A DNA stretch of 64,000 bases from a bacterium (GCA_965240465.1 OZ251219.1:1472001-1536000), one strand, 5' to 3'; counted from the first letter of the stretch, positions 38,869-49,525 are shown. Notes: a model not told the origin generated them from the letters alone. Made by a program: numbers and translations.

Positions 38869-41449
38869 TCCTTTGCAGTTCTCCTTGGAAAGACCTAATA
38901 GCATGCTTCATTATAGTATGCTTCATTATAGTATGCTTCATTATAGTATGCTTCACTATAGTATGCTTCATCTCATTTTTGGACTACTTGAGGAAGTAGT
39001 TCGGGCGTTTTTTCAATCAGCAAGACTACTTTTTTTTCGGGGAATAATCCTAGCAGTACTTTTATTTGGTCTATTGTTGCTGGCACCGAATGCGTATTCA
39101 CAAATCAGCGAACTTAATGGGGTAAAGATTGTAAATGTACAAATAGAAGGTCTGCAAACAGTCGCCTCAGGAGAAATCTTAGGTCGGGTGTTATCAAAGG
39201 TGGGCAACAATTTACAAGTGGAGCTGTTAACACAGGACATTAAAAAAATTCACGCCTTAGGTTTTTTTAGCAATGTTCAAGTGTTAACAGAGCCAGAAAA
39301 GAATGGAATAAAGCTCATATTTCGGGTGACCGAAAGATTGCGGATCGGAGAACTGGAGGTGATAGGCAGCCAGCTGTTAAGCAAGAGTGTTAGAGATAAA
39401 GCAATCACCTTGCGAGAAGGAGAAGTCCTTCTAAAATCCAAATTGGAAGATAATTTAGAATCTTTGAGGCGAGAGTATCGTAAGAAGGGATATTACAAAA
39501 CACGGGTATCTGTAACACAAGAACTCCTTTCAAAAGGGAAAGCACGAGTTACTATAGTGGTGGAAGAAGACCCACGAGTGTACGTCACCAGGATTCGGAC
39601 CCAGGGCAACAAAGCGTTCAGCGGGTTACAGATTCGCCGCTGGATGCGATCTGCCGAAGTAGATTGTTTTAGTTGGATAAATCAATCTGGTTTATTCCAA
39701 GAGGAAAGGATTAACTACGATTTGCAGGCTATCAGCCTAGAATACCTACAACGAGGCTATGTGCGAGTGTTGCTCAAGAAGCCAAAAATAGTATTAGTGC
39801 GTAAACGAGGACATTATGCGGCTCATGTAGATCTATCCATAGTTGAGGGAGAGCAGTACAGCACCCGTATAGTAGATATTCAGGGGGACATCTTAGGTAA
39901 TAAAAGCACAATGCTGAAATTATTAGGTATTAAGTCTCAGGAAGTATTCAATGCACGGGAGCATAATCAGGATATATTTAGATTGCGTAGCCAGTATCAG
40001 GAGCAAGGATATGCTTTTGTGCGTGTTATTCCTGATGTAAGGATTAATGATGAACTCCGTACGGTGGACGTTGTCTATCAGATTTTTCAGGGAGAAAGGG
40101 CGTACATTGGTCGGATAGAGATTCAGGGCAATGACACAACGCATGATCATGTGATTCGCAGGGAGTTTTCACTGACTGAAAACACTTTGTACAATGGAAA
40201 GAAGCTAAAGGAATCTCAAGCAAATTTATCACGCTTGGGATTTTTTGAGCCATCTTTATCTGTTGATACCGAGGTGAGCGATGTAGACAATGTGCTGAAT
40301 GTGGCTACTAAAGTTACTGAGGGGCGTACGGGAAGTTTTCAGTTGCAGCTAACTTATGGAGAGACCACTGGAATACAGACAATTTTTTCGGTGGCTAAGA
40401 CCAATTTTTTGGGTCGCGGGCAAACCATTCGCTTAGATCTGCAAGCAGCTCAGAAGCAGAACGAACGCTCAGCAAGATTGAGTTTTACGGAACCATATTT
40501 ACTAGGAACTTCCATTTCCAGTACCACCTCTTTGTCTTTTTCCCGAGATGATGATTCTTCTGAGCTAGAGCGTGGTTTATTAAGGATAGAAACGGTATCG
40601 CAATCATTATCGCGGAAAATTATTGGACTGTTAAGAGGTAGTATTTCGGTGGCACTTGAAGATGTAGAATTTGAAAAAGATCCCGAATATAACCAGCAAC
40701 TACAATCCACGACTTTGGGATTATCATGGAATACGGTCAATCACCCGATTTTTCCATCCAGTGGAGGTTCTGTGGGGGCATTTGCCACCAATGTAGAAGG
40801 AAGTTCTCGGTTTCGTCGCTACACCCTGAATGGGAGAAAGTTTTTTAGGCTGGACTCTGAAAACATGCTGGTGTTGATGATGCGAGCTCGCTTAGGTTGG
40901 CTAGAAAAAATGGGAGAAGAAGACATCCCCGCTGAACAGCGTTATAGACTGGGAGGAGCTTATACCCTACGAGGATATAGCTACTTGGAAATCGGAGGAG
41001 CATATGGACGCAGACAGCAGGCACTCAATAGTTCATCGGCATTATTCACCGATCTTGAAGGCAACCCCATCGCAGGAAGTAATGGCTATCCTATCAATGG
41101 CTCACAAGACCAGCGTACTATTGGACTTGACCAAGAACAGCGAGATAAATTATCTGGAGGAGGAATTCAACAGCGATTGTTTAACATAGAACTATTGTTA
41201 CCCTTATCGGGACCTGCTTTTCGCAGTGCGATATTCTATGATGCGGGCCAAGTTAACTCAGAAACAGAGCAATATGAGATTCTCGGGACTCCTGAGCCGA
41301 GTTTCTTTGATCTGCGTCAATCTTATGGGGCCGGAATTAGAATTATCACACCGCTGGGGGTACTACGCTTTGAATACGGAATAAAAATAAATCCCCAGCA
41401 AAACGAAGACTCAGATGATTTTGAATTTACCATCAGCTCTTTGTTTTGA
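38834..41449 (+). CDS. bamA: outer membrane protein assembly factor BamA (true start probably further downstream)
   Basis: POTRA repeats, GNDTTHDHVIRRE, NFLGRGQ, LRGY, GAGIRIITPLGVLRFEYG, C-terminal F. Confidence 0.95.
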   Translation: MMVSYMRTLLYNPLQFSLERPNSMLHYSMLHYSMLHYSMLHYSMLHLIFGLLEEVVRAFFQSARLLFFRGIILAVLLFGLLLLAPNAYSQISELNGVKIVNVQIEGLQTVASGEILGRVLSKVGNNLQVELLTQDIKKIHALGFFSNVQVLTEPEKNGIKLIFRVTERLRIGELEVIGSQLLSKSVRDKAITLREGEVLLKSKLEDNLESLRREYRKKGYYKTRVSVTQELLSKGKARVTIVVEEDPRVYVTRIRTQGNKAFSGLQIRRWMRSAEVDCFSWINQSGLFQEERINYDLQAISLEYLQRGYVRVLLKKPKIVLVRKRGHYAAHVDLSIVEGEQYSTRIVDIQGDILGNKSTMLKLLGIKSQEVFNAREHNQDIFRLRSQYQEQGYAFVRVIPDVRINDELRTVDVVYQIFQGERAYIGRIEIQGNDTTHDHVIRREFSLTENTLYNGKKLKESQANLSRLGFFEPSLSVDTEVSDVDNVLNVATKVTEGRTGSFQLQLTYGETTGIQTIFSVAKTNFLGRGQTIRLDLQAAQKQNERSARLSFTEPYLLGTSISSTTSLSFSRDDDSSELERGLLRIETVSQSLSRKIIGLLRGSISVALEDVEFEKDPEYNQQLQSTTLGLSWNTVNHPIFPSSGGSVGAFATNVEGSSRFRRYTLNGRKFFRLDSENMLVLMMRARLGWLEKMGEEDIPAEQRYRLGGAYTLRGYSYLEIGGAYGRRQQALNSSSALFTDLEGNPIAGSNGYPINGSQDQRTIGLDQEQRDKLSGGGIQQRLFNIELLLPLSGPAFRSAIFYDAGQVNSETEQYEILGTPEPSFFDLRQSYGAGIRIITPLGVLRFEYGIKINPQQNEDSDDFEFTISSLF
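38898..38972. repeat. 15-bp tandem repeat x5 (ATAGTATGCTTCATT)
   Basis: Read directly; encodes MLHYS repeats in the bamA frame. Confidence 0.95.
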
Positions 41450-41558
41450 TATTGTATGCCTTGTCGGTTGTTAATATCTTCATATGATGATATGTTTCCG
41501 TACCCATGCCCTTAACAAGCTTGGCAGGCTAATCATTACAGAGGGCAGATAAAAACTT

Positions 41559-42218
41559 TTGACCATGCAATATCGTTTAACTCTCAAACCGCTTGTGATG
41601 CCGCGTGTTGTGCCGTGTGTGTTGCTATTATTAGATCGTTTAATATCTTGGCGAGGTACCCTATCAATCAAATTGGGGGGGGTGTGCTCATTGAAGGTAT
41701 TTTTTGCATTTATGGTGGGTGGAATTATTTTCCCTGCTTTTGTGGTAGGTAATGTTCAGGCAGAAGCAAAACAGGGGTTGAAAATTGCGGTAGTGGATAT
41801 GAATAGGATATTAAATGAGTCTAAAGCTGGTCGTGGTGAAAAAAATAAATTATTGGCAAAACGCGATAAATTGCAAAAAGAATTAAGCATTAAGGAGACT
41901 GAATTCAAAGAAAAAGTGGCTGCTCTGGATGCCAATTTACTGCTGACTGAAGAAGCCCGTAAGCAAGAAGAATTGAAATTACGCCGGCAATTTCAAGAAT
42001 TGCAAGCCCAGATGAAAGATTCCCAAGCTGATCTATCTAAACGGGAACTTGTAGCTACCCAGAGGGTGTTTAAGAAAGCAGAGAGAATTGTTAGAAGATT
42101 AGCCAAAGAAGGCGATTACGACCTCGTTTTGGAGCGTACTAGTGCTGAAACGGTGCTGTATACAAGAGAGCCCTTAGAGGATATTACTAAGCAAGTAATT
42201 TCTGAGATTGGTAATTGA
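41559..42218 (+). CDS. skp: OmpH/Skp chaperone (start probably near 41691)
   Basis: KIAVVDMNRIL.ES..G, coiled coil, YDLVLE, DITKQVI; after bamA. Confidence 0.88.
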   Translation: MTMQYRLTLKPLVMPRVVPCVLLLLDRLISWRGTLSIKLGGVCSLKVFFAFMVGGIIFPAFVVGNVQAEAKQGLKIAVVDMNRILNESKAGRGEKNKLLAKRDKLQKELSIKETEFKEKVAALDANLLLTEEARKQEELKLRRQFQELQAQMKDSQADLSKRELVATQRVFKKAERIVRRLAKEGDYDLVLERTSAETVLYTREPLEDITKQVISEIGN

Positions 42219-42234
42219 AGGATAGAGTTGCAAA

Positions 42235-42672
42235 ATGATACCTTATGAAGAAATTACAAAAATCTTGCCTCATCGCTATCCATTTTTGTTATTGGATAGA
42301 GTACTGGAAGTAAAACCCGGTAAAAGTTGTGTGGCTTTGAAGAATGTATCTTGCAATGAGCCTGTTTTTACGGGTCATTTTCCTGGTAGACCTATTTTTC
42401 CTGGGGTTATGTTGCTGGAGGCAATGGCACAAGTTGCTGGTGTGTTAGTAGGTAAGTCGGTAAAAAAGAATGTGAATGACTTTATTCTTTTGTACGTGGG
42501 AGTGGATAAAGCACGTTTTAAGAGACAAATTGTACCCGGTGATACGCTGATTATGGAAGCTAAACTGCTGACCCGTAAGCTAGATATGTGGGTATTTGCG
42601 GTTCAGTCCAAGGTGGATGATGAGCTGGCATGTCGGGCGGAGATTAGACTAGTCACAGTTCCTCGTAGGTAG
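42235..42672 (+). CDS. fabZ: 3-hydroxyacyl-ACP dehydratase
   Basis: LPHRYPFLLLDRV, FTGHFP, PGVMLLEAMAQ. Confidence 0.97.
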   Translation: MIPYEEITKILPHRYPFLLLDRVLEVKPGKSCVALKNVSCNEPVFTGHFPGRPIFPGVMLLEAMAQVAGVLVGKSVKKNVNDFILLYVGVDKARFKRQIVPGDTLIMEAKLLTRKLDMWVFAVQSKVDDELACRAEIRLVTVPRR

Positions 42673-42721
42673 CCTAAGTACCTTAGACTAACAGAATAGT
42701 CTTGTAGTTTATGTAGAGCCT

Positions 42722-43654
42722 ATGAGCCTGCGAGTAGGTGTTATTGGGGTGGGAAAGTTGGGCAGATTTCATGCTTTGAAATATGCGTCCCTAAGTGAAT
42801 GCCAATTTATTGGCGTCTGCGACCTGAATAGTCAACGCTCGCAGGCGGTAGCTGATGAGCTCGGGGTGCGTGTATTTAAGCAACCCAGGGATCTACTGGC
42901 AGAGGTAGACGCGGTAAGCATTGCAACCATCAGTACCACTCACCACAACATTGGGATGCAAGCATTAACAAGGGGAATACACGTCCTGATGGAAAAACCA
43001 CTGGCGGCTTCCACTAAGGAAGCAGAAGATCTGGTGCTTCTTGCGAACAAGCGACAGCTTATCTTACAGGTTGGTTATCTGGAACGCTTCAACGGAGCAA
43101 TACAGGCCTGTCAAACTAAGATCAAGCGACCCATTTTCATTGATGCCGTTCGGGTGTCTAATTTTTCTGGACGAGGAGAAGACATAGATGTGGTACTAGA
43201 CCTGATGAGTCATGACTTAGATTTAGCCTTGATGATGGACTCTTCCTCCATTCAAGAAATACAAGCGATTGGGGTATCTTTGATGACCGATAAGATTGAT
43301 CTAGCCAATGTAAGATTGCGTTTTGCTTCTGGCTGTGTAGCTAATATTTCTGCCAGTAGGATATCCACTCATTCGGAGCGTAATATGCGGATTTTTCAAA
43401 AAAATTGTTGTTTTTCGCTGGATTTTTCTCTGCCTGCCTGCACCATGCTTACCGTGGGAGATCTTAAAAAAGATAAGCAAACCATTGCGAACTCGCTTGA
43501 TGTTTCCAAACAAGACGCACTGGAAGCCGAAATAAGGTCTTTTATAAATTCCGTGAGAACGAAAAAACCACCCTTAGTCGGTGGTGAAGACGGTTTGCGT
43601 GTAATGAAAGTAGCTGCGAGGATAACGTCCATCATTTTGGAAAATTCTCAGTAA
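42722..43654 (+). CDS. Gfo/Idh/MocA oxidoreductase, GnnA-like (UDP-GlcNAc 3-dehydrogenase)
   Basis: GVGKLG..H, MEKP, VGYLERFN, DVVLDLMSHDLD, ASRIS; lipid A gene context. Confidence 0.75.
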   Translation: MSLRVGVIGVGKLGRFHALKYASLSECQFIGVCDLNSQRSQAVADELGVRVFKQPRDLLAEVDAVSIATISTTHHNIGMQALTRGIHVLMEKPLAASTKEAEDLVLLANKRQLILQVGYLERFNGAIQACQTKIKRPIFIDAVRVSNFSGRGEDIDVVLDLMSHDLDLALMMDSSSIQEIQAIGVSLMTDKIDLANVRLRFASGCVANISASRISTHSERNMRIFQKNCCFSLDFSLPACTMLTVGDLKKDKQTIANSLDVSKQDALEAEIRSFINSVRTKKPPLVGGEDGLRVMKVAARITSIILENSQ

Positions 43655-43681
43655 TAATTAGATTAAAAAAGGACTAATAAC

Positions 43682-44827
43682 ATGTTTAGTCTCTTAAAGA
43701 GCTGGGTGACTTTCCCCATAAATAAGCTGAGACTCTTGCCACAGCGAATATTCTGGGAGTCATGGAAATCTTTTGTACTGTTTACGGTTATACTGACATT
43801 ATTCTTGCTGTTTCAGAAATTGCATTGGCTTTTGGAATGGATTGTTAGTCACAGGGTAGACTTTAATCTGTTGGGTTGGATGCTACTCTTTTCGTTGCCG
43901 AGCATAATGCTACCCGTAATGATATTTGCAATTGTGGGAGCCGTATTTACGGTGGTAATTAGATATTCTTACAATTTTGAGTTGGTAGCCCTGATGGCTT
44001 CAGGAGTAAGTTTGCGAAGTTATGCTCAAGGTTTTCTTGTGTTTGGCTTTTCAGTGGCTTTACTGGTGGCTACTTTTAGTTTGTGGCTAAGTCCACTGTC
44101 TTTGAGATATTTGAATCAACTACAATTCCAAGCGATTAAAACACGCACATTTCAACGGATTAAACCAGGAAATCTCAATTTTTCCTTACCTAGTATAGTG
44201 ATCTTGAGTAGACAGGTAGAAGAAGGCAATCACTTATATGATGTACATTTCATGCCTCGGTATCCGAAAGATGATTTCAGCATTATTTCGGCTCTCCATG
44301 GATTTTTACTCAATACAGAAAAGCAGCGTCAGCTACTTTTGGTGATAGAAAATGGTGAATCGTTGGAGCTAAGCGAGAAAGAAAGCAGTATCACAAATAT
44401 ACAGTTTGAACGCTCGGAAAACCTGTTAGGAGGACTCGTCAGTGGGCGTCATTTCAAGAATATAAGTAGAATTGAGTTGGAAAGTACTCTCAATTTGCAG
44501 CAGCGGTTAGCTTCTGACAATCTGGGGAACTACGCTCGCCACAATATAGAGCTACAGATTTATAATCGTTGGCTGACGCCGCTGGCATGCATAGCACTTG
44601 TATTGGCTTCTGTACCTATGGCAATGTTGGATCCTCGCTCGGGCAGATATTCTAGCTATCTAAGAGCGGTCATGCTGGTTGCGGTTTATTATTTGGCTTG
44701 GCTAGCCATAACTAATCTGGTTAAAGGACGAGGGTTGCCTTCTGAGTTCATGTTAGGTCCTCTTTCGTTGGTGGGTTGCTATGGCTTGATGCGTTTGCGT
44801 CAATTGAACATTCGCCCTTGGTTTTAG
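43682..44827 (+). CDS. LptF/LptG family LPS export permease
   Basis: 3+3 TM layout, ELVALMASGVS. Confidence 0.8.
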   Translation: MFSLLKSWVTFPINKLRLLPQRIFWESWKSFVLFTVILTLFLLFQKLHWLLEWIVSHRVDFNLLGWMLLFSLPSIMLPVMIFAIVGAVFTVVIRYSYNFELVALMASGVSLRSYAQGFLVFGFSVALLVATFSLWLSPLSLRYLNQLQFQAIKTRTFQRIKPGNLNFSLPSIVILSRQVEEGNHLYDVHFMPRYPKDDFSIISALHGFLLNTEKQRQLLLVIENGESLELSEKESSITNIQFERSENLLGGLVSGRHFKNISRIELESTLNLQQRLASDNLGNYARHNIELQIYNRWLTPLACIALVLASVPMAMLDPRSGRYSSYLRAVMLVAVYYLAWLAITNLVKGRGLPSEFMLGPLSLVGCYGLMRLRQLNIRPWF

Positions 44828-45642
44828 TAGGAGGAATTGCTGGGACTTGCTGAGAGTTGCTGCAGCCATTGCCACATCGTATTGAATATTTGTTCTTTGT
44901 GCATATTCAGGCGATGGTCTCCATCCTTAAGCAACAATAGTTGCAAGGATTTCTCAGGACATTGCCGCAAGAATTCAGTACTTTTTTCCCAAGGAATGAC
45001 CTCATCAGCAATACCGTGGATTAGCAAAGCGGGGCCTTGCCACTTCTGTAGAAGCTTCTTAAAGGGATATTGATAGCTATCTTCAATCAATTGCCAACCG
45101 AGAAGAATATCCTCCCAGTCAGAATCAAGCCGCAGAATACCCTTTTTTTGCCAGTCTTTCCATCGTTTTGAGGATATATTGCTCTTTATACAATGAGGAA
45201 AATCCAAAGCGGGTGATAACAAGACTAATGGTCCTCCGCTACCGATTTTTAGTTCTCCCTGATACCAAGCAACTAAGGCAGCTCCCATACTGGAGCCTAT
45301 CAGCAATGGAAGAGGAGCTTCTGGTTGGCGTTGCTGTAAGCACCAACTAAGGGCAGTTTCCATATCCGCCAAGGCACGACTGACGGTCATCTCTGCCAGA
45401 TTTCCATCTGATTCTCCATGCCCACGCAAATCCAGCCTGAGAAAACTCCAACCGCGAGCACCAAATTCTTGCTGGAAGAAAAGAGCTTTTTCGCCTTGTC
45501 GGTCCGAAGCCAGTCCATGAACGAATACCGCCATAGGTGCAGTAGGAGAAGCCGATAACCAGTCCACCATTATCGCTTCCTTGTTGGTGGAAGAATTATC
45601 AACAACTAACCTATGGGTCTCTATAACAGGATTTTTACTCAA
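44824..45642 (-). CDS. alpha/beta hydrolase
   Basis: HGLASD...KA, GHGESDG, GSSMG nucleophile, IHG..D, GDHRL. Confidence 0.9.
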   Translation of the reverse strand: MSKNPVIETHRLVVDNSSTNKEAIMVDWLSASPTAPMAVFVHGLASDRQGEKALFFQQEFGARGWSFLRLDLRGHGESDGNLAEMTVSRALADMETALSWCLQQRQPEAPLPLLIGSSMGAALVAWYQGELKIGSGGPLVLLSPALDFPHCIKSNISSKRWKDWQKKGILRLDSDWEDILLGWQLIEDSYQYPFKKLLQKWQGPALLIHGIADEVIPWEKSTEFLRQCPEKSLQLLLLKDGDHRLNMHKEQIFNTMWQWLQQLSASPSNSSY

Positions 45643-45655
45643 TGATAAACGCGGT

Positions 45656-47014
45656 TTAAGAGTTCACACTACGGGCTTGGGCTGGGTTCACAAACGCCAA
45701 TAGCACTCCCCCTGCCAGAAAAAAGGCGTTAAGACTCAAAAGAGCAATGCGAGTATCACCGCTGATAAAAACCAATCCGCCAAATACAAGAGGCCCCATC
45801 ATAGCAGAAAAACGAGAACTTAGTGCAAAGAAAGAGAAATACTCAGCCTCCCTGCCATAAGGGATGAAGCTGGCAAATAAAGATCGGCTGATAGCCTGCA
45901 ACCCTCCCAAGAAGAGACCGATCAAGACTGCCAACCAATATAATTCTACTAGGGTGTGGATAACCTGAGCTAGCAAAATAGTTATGCTGAAAGCTATCAA
46001 GCAAATAAAAATAGTGGTTTTTTCACTAGTGCGATTACTCAGCCAACCCAAAAAAAGAGTGCCAGGTATGTTCATAACCTGAATGATGATAATCATTAAA
46101 ATCAAGTCCTTAATACCTACTTTTTGGCTCAGGGAGGCATCGGTATAGATGTTTTGCAGAGCGTACGGGGTTGCATTTGAAATAAGGGTAGCAATGCCAT
46201 CATTATACAACAAGAAAGCCAATAAAAAGCGGAGGTGGTGCGGGTGTTTAAGTAAATTAAGCAGAGAACGTTTTAAGCTGCCAAAAATGCTTTTTACTTG
46301 GGTCTGGGAGGTAGCTGGTAGCCATCCCAAAGATAAGATGCCAAAACATCCCCACCAGAGCCCTATCAGCAAGAACGCGGTAGGTAGGTGATCGGGGACC
46401 AGCCATATCAGCAGTGCCAGCAATATCAATGCCCCTCCAGCGTAGCCCAGGGCATACCCTAAGCTAGAAAGACGAGCATTTTCCTTAGGGTTAGAAGTCA
46501 ATTGAGGCAAATAAGCATTGTAAAATACATTGGCAGATTCATATCCTACATTGCCTATAAAGACCAACAGCCCAATCACTGCCCAAGACCAAGAAACATC
46601 GCTCCACAAGGGCCAAAGCGATTGCCCCACAGTAGCCGTAGCACCAAGCAAGCAAAATAACAGTGCAAACTGCTTGTGCTTGCCACGGGCATCTACCACA
46701 GGACCTAAAAGTAATGCCCCTAAGGCAGCTACTCCCGCTGATGCCCCCACCAATATTGACCAAGCTGCTTCTGCCGTCCAACGACTTCCAAATAACGGTA
46801 AGGCTAGGGCAGAACCTACTCTTAGACCTCCAGCTTCTTCTGCCGCTTGTTCAAACAGGGCAATAAACCAAGCCGAACCCAATACCGTCATCACACAAAG
46901 GACAAAAGCACTGTTAGCCCAATCGTAGAAAGCCCAACGCCAGCCGTTCTTTCCAATTCCCCGCCCTAAATCTGGAATACGATTTTTTAAGTCAATCAGC
47001 AGAGAATTAAACAT
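45656..47014 (-). CDS. MFS transporter (UMF1/Atg22-like)
   Basis: WAFYDWANSAF, FYNAYLP, GYALGY.G, YNDG, QAISRSLF. Confidence 0.88.
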   Translation of the reverse strand: MFNSLLIDLKNRIPDLGRGIGKNGWRWAFYDWANSAFVLCVMTVLGSAWFIALFEQAAEEAGGLRVGSALALPLFGSRWTAEAAWSILVGASAGVAALGALLLGPVVDARGKHKQFALLFCLLGATATVGQSLWPLWSDVSWSWAVIGLLVFIGNVGYESANVFYNAYLPQLTSNPKENARLSSLGYALGYAGGALILLALLIWLVPDHLPTAFLLIGLWWGCFGILSLGWLPATSQTQVKSIFGSLKRSLLNLLKHPHHLRFLLAFLLYNDGIATLISNATPYALQNIYTDASLSQKVGIKDLILMIIIIQVMNIPGTLFLGWLSNRTSEKTTIFICLIAFSITILLAQVIHTLVELYWLAVLIGLFLGGLQAISRSLFASFIPYGREAEYFSFFALSSRFSAMMGPLVFGGLVFISGDTRIALLSLNAFFLAGGVLLAFVNPAQARSVNS

Positions 47015-47039
47015 AGTGTGAGTACTCTGTTATCGGCAG

Positions 47040-47137
47040 GCAAGCAAGGATAGCAAACAAGGATCGCAAACAAGGATCGCAAACAAGGATAGCAAACAAG
47101 GATCGCAAATAGGGATCGCAAACAAGGATCGCAAATA
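47040..47137. repeat. 13-bp tandem repeat x about 7.5 (GCAAACAAGGATC)
   Basis: Read directly between the murC-murB stop and the MFS start. Confidence 0.95.
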
Positions 47138-47146
47138 TGGCTCCAA

Positions 47147-49525
47147 TTAGGGAAGTACTTGTACCTCTGTTTCCAGTTGAATTCCACTATGATTTAATAC
47201 TTCTTGCTGTACCTTTTTAATGAGATTTAAGACATCGCTAGCAGAGGACTTGTTAACATTGATTATAAAATTAGAGTGCTGGGTACTCACCTTTGCTCCC
47301 CCGATTGTTAGTCCTTTTAAGCCTGCCCGATCAATCAGCTGAGCGGCTGTGTCCCCTGTGGGATTCTTAAACACCGACCCACAATTAGCACCTCTTGGAT
47401 GATGCTTCTTACGCCATGCTAGCATTTCTTGCTGTTGCTGCTTGGCTTTGGTAGGGGTGGTGGATAATAGTTCAAATTCGGCAGCGTAGATAACAGATGA
47501 AGAGGAAAAAGGAGAACTACGATAGGAAAATCTACCTCCATTTTTTGTTTTTAGCTTTGGTTCATTTGCTTGCCATTCCTGTATTTTTCCCCGCGGCAAG
47601 CACAACCATACCCGTGATAAGAATTTTGCTATTTCGCCTCCATGAGCTCCAGCATTCATTTTCACCGCTCCTCCGATGCTACCAGGGATCACCGAGAGAA
47701 ACTCCATACCTCCTAAATTCACTGCACGACATTTTTCCACAAAAGCTGCATTAGCCAAGCCTGCTCCCACTCGCACCCTATTTCCCTTGACAGACAAGGT
47801 CTGCATTCCTCTTCCTAGCCTGATCACTACCCCAGCCAAACCCTCATCTTTTATCAACAAGTTAGAACCCTTCCCCAGCACCCACCAAGGAACCTCAGTT
47901 CTGCCCAACCAGCCCATCAAGGCTTGTAAATCCGATTGACTATTAACATCTACTAAGCACAAGGCTTTTCCTCCTATTCGCAGAGAATTTTTGCTAGCCA
48001 GCGGTTCATGCCAACAAATAGTGGAATCGGACAAAACATCTCGCAATGAGACTCCCCAAGTAGGCTCTTCTTTAGTAGCAGTGGGAGGAGTAGCAGTGGA
48101 AGTAGTAGCAGTGGAAGTAGTAGCAGTGGAAGTAGTAGCAGTGGAAGGGGGTGAAGAGGTCTCAGCAAGTACCCTATGCCATAGTTTGGTTATATCACCA
48201 GCACCCATGGTGATAAACAATCCTTCGGACCAACGATTATTCAATAATGGTGGGATGAGATCTTTCCAGTGGCTGAGTAACTGTGGTTTGTGTTTCATCC
48301 AATGTGCTATGTTGGCGGCTGAAACATTGGGAAGTGGTTGTTCTCGGGCTGAATAGATGGGTGTTAGTAGTACTTCATCGGCTAGGTTTAGGGCTTGGGC
48401 GAATTCTTTAGCAAAATGCTTGGTGCGAGAATAAAGGTGCGGCTGGAATGCCACCACCAGAGGACCAGGATAAAGTCCCTTTAGGCTGGCTAGGGTTTTT
48501 TGTATCTCGGTCGGGTAATGAGCATAATCATCCATGAGTACTAGATTGCCTAGCTTCCCTAATTGCTGTTGACGGCGATCTACACCACTAAATTTTTCCA
48601 AGCCCTCAATGATTTTATCTATCGGCAGTTGCATGCTATTGGCTAGGGCAAATGCTCCCGCCAAGTTAAGGGCATTGTATTGACCTCGCAATGTAGAACG
48701 GAATTGATGCTCTCCTGTAGCTAGTTTCAGCCTGAGTTCTGTGCCATCTATTCCCAGCGACTGCCATTGGAGGCAAACATCAGCCCTTTTATCCATCCCG
48801 AAGGAAACACTTTTAGTAGCAGGCATTCTTTCCGCTAGGGCTTTAACGCGAGGATCATCCAGATTATAAACCAGAATGCCATCAGCGGGCAGCCGTTTTA
48901 TGAAATCCTGCATCACGGCTTCTAGGGTTTCCATGCTGCCGTGAATATCCAAATGATCGGCTTCTATGTTGGTCAGTAGAATTGCTTGGGGAGATAATTT
49001 TAAGAAGCTGCCATCACTTTCATCGGCTTCACAGACGCAAAATGGACCTTCTCCAGAACGAAAATTGCCCGACCATTTGGATAAATTACCCCCCAGAAAA
49101 ACAAGGGGGTCTTGCTCACAGGATTCTAAGGAACAAGCCAAAGCCGCGGTAGAAGTGGTTTTACCATGGGTCCCAGTGACAGCTAATAATCGCCGTCCCT
49201 GAGTAAGAGCTGCCATCATTTCACTGCGATGAAACTTGAGGATCCCCAACTTCTTTACCTCTTGCCAAATGGGATTATCAGCTTTTAAGGCACTGGAAAA
49301 TACCACCGCATTAGCATTGCTAAACAAATCACCGCGGTGACCAATCTGCGTGGAAATACCTGCTGCCCTCAGAGATTCCAGCACCGAACTGGGTTCAATA
49401 TCGCTACCAGATACATGAACTCCACGCCTATGTAACTCCATTGCCAAGGCACTCATACCAATGCCTCCAATCCCCAAGAAATGATACCGCCAATCCAGCG
49501 ATATAATCGGCATGGTGGTACTCAT
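47147..49525 (-). CDS. murC: MurC-MurB fusion (UDP-MurNAc-L-Ala ligase + UDP-GlcNAc-enolpyruvate reductase)
   Basis: MurC: GIGGIGMS, GTHGKTT, EADESD, DDYAH, FQPHLYSRT; MurB: GKGSNLL, IPGSIGGAVKMNAGA, FSYRSS, GSVFKNP, HSNFIIN, LETEV. Confidence 0.93.
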   Translation of the reverse strand: MSTTMPIISLDWRYHFLGIGGIGMSALAMELHRRGVHVSGSDIEPSSVLESLRAAGISTQIGHRGDLFSNANAVVFSSALKADNPIWQEVKKLGILKFHRSEMMAALTQGRRLLAVTGTHGKTTSTAALACSLESCEQDPLVFLGGNLSKWSGNFRSGEGPFCVCEADESDGSFLKLSPQAILLTNIEADHLDIHGSMETLEAVMQDFIKRLPADGILVYNLDDPRVKALAERMPATKSVSFGMDKRADVCLQWQSLGIDGTELRLKLATGEHQFRSTLRGQYNALNLAGAFALANSMQLPIDKIIEGLEKFSGVDRRQQQLGKLGNLVLMDDYAHYPTEIQKTLASLKGLYPGPLVVAFQPHLYSRTKHFAKEFAQALNLADEVLLTPIYSAREQPLPNVSAANIAHWMKHKPQLLSHWKDLIPPLLNNRWSEGLFITMGAGDITKLWHRVLAETSSPPSTATTSTATTSTATTSTATPPTATKEEPTWGVSLRDVLSDSTICWHEPLASKNSLRIGGKALCLVDVNSQSDLQALMGWLGRTEVPWWVLGKGSNLLIKDEGLAGVVIRLGRGMQTLSVKGNRVRVGAGLANAAFVEKCRAVNLGGMEFLSVIPGSIGGAVKMNAGAHGGEIAKFLSRVWLCLPRGKIQEWQANEPKLKTKNGGRFSYRSSPFSSSSVIYAAEFELLSTTPTKAKQQQQEMLAWRKKHHPRGANCGSVFKNPTGDTAAQLIDRAGLKGLTIGGAKVSTQHSNFIINVNKSSASDVLNLIKKVQQEVLNHSGIQLETEVQVLP
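48075..48149. repeat. 15-bp tandem repeat x5 encoding the Ser/Thr linker (STATT)n
   Basis: GTAGCAGTGGAAGTA units at the MurC/MurB junction. Confidence 0.95.
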
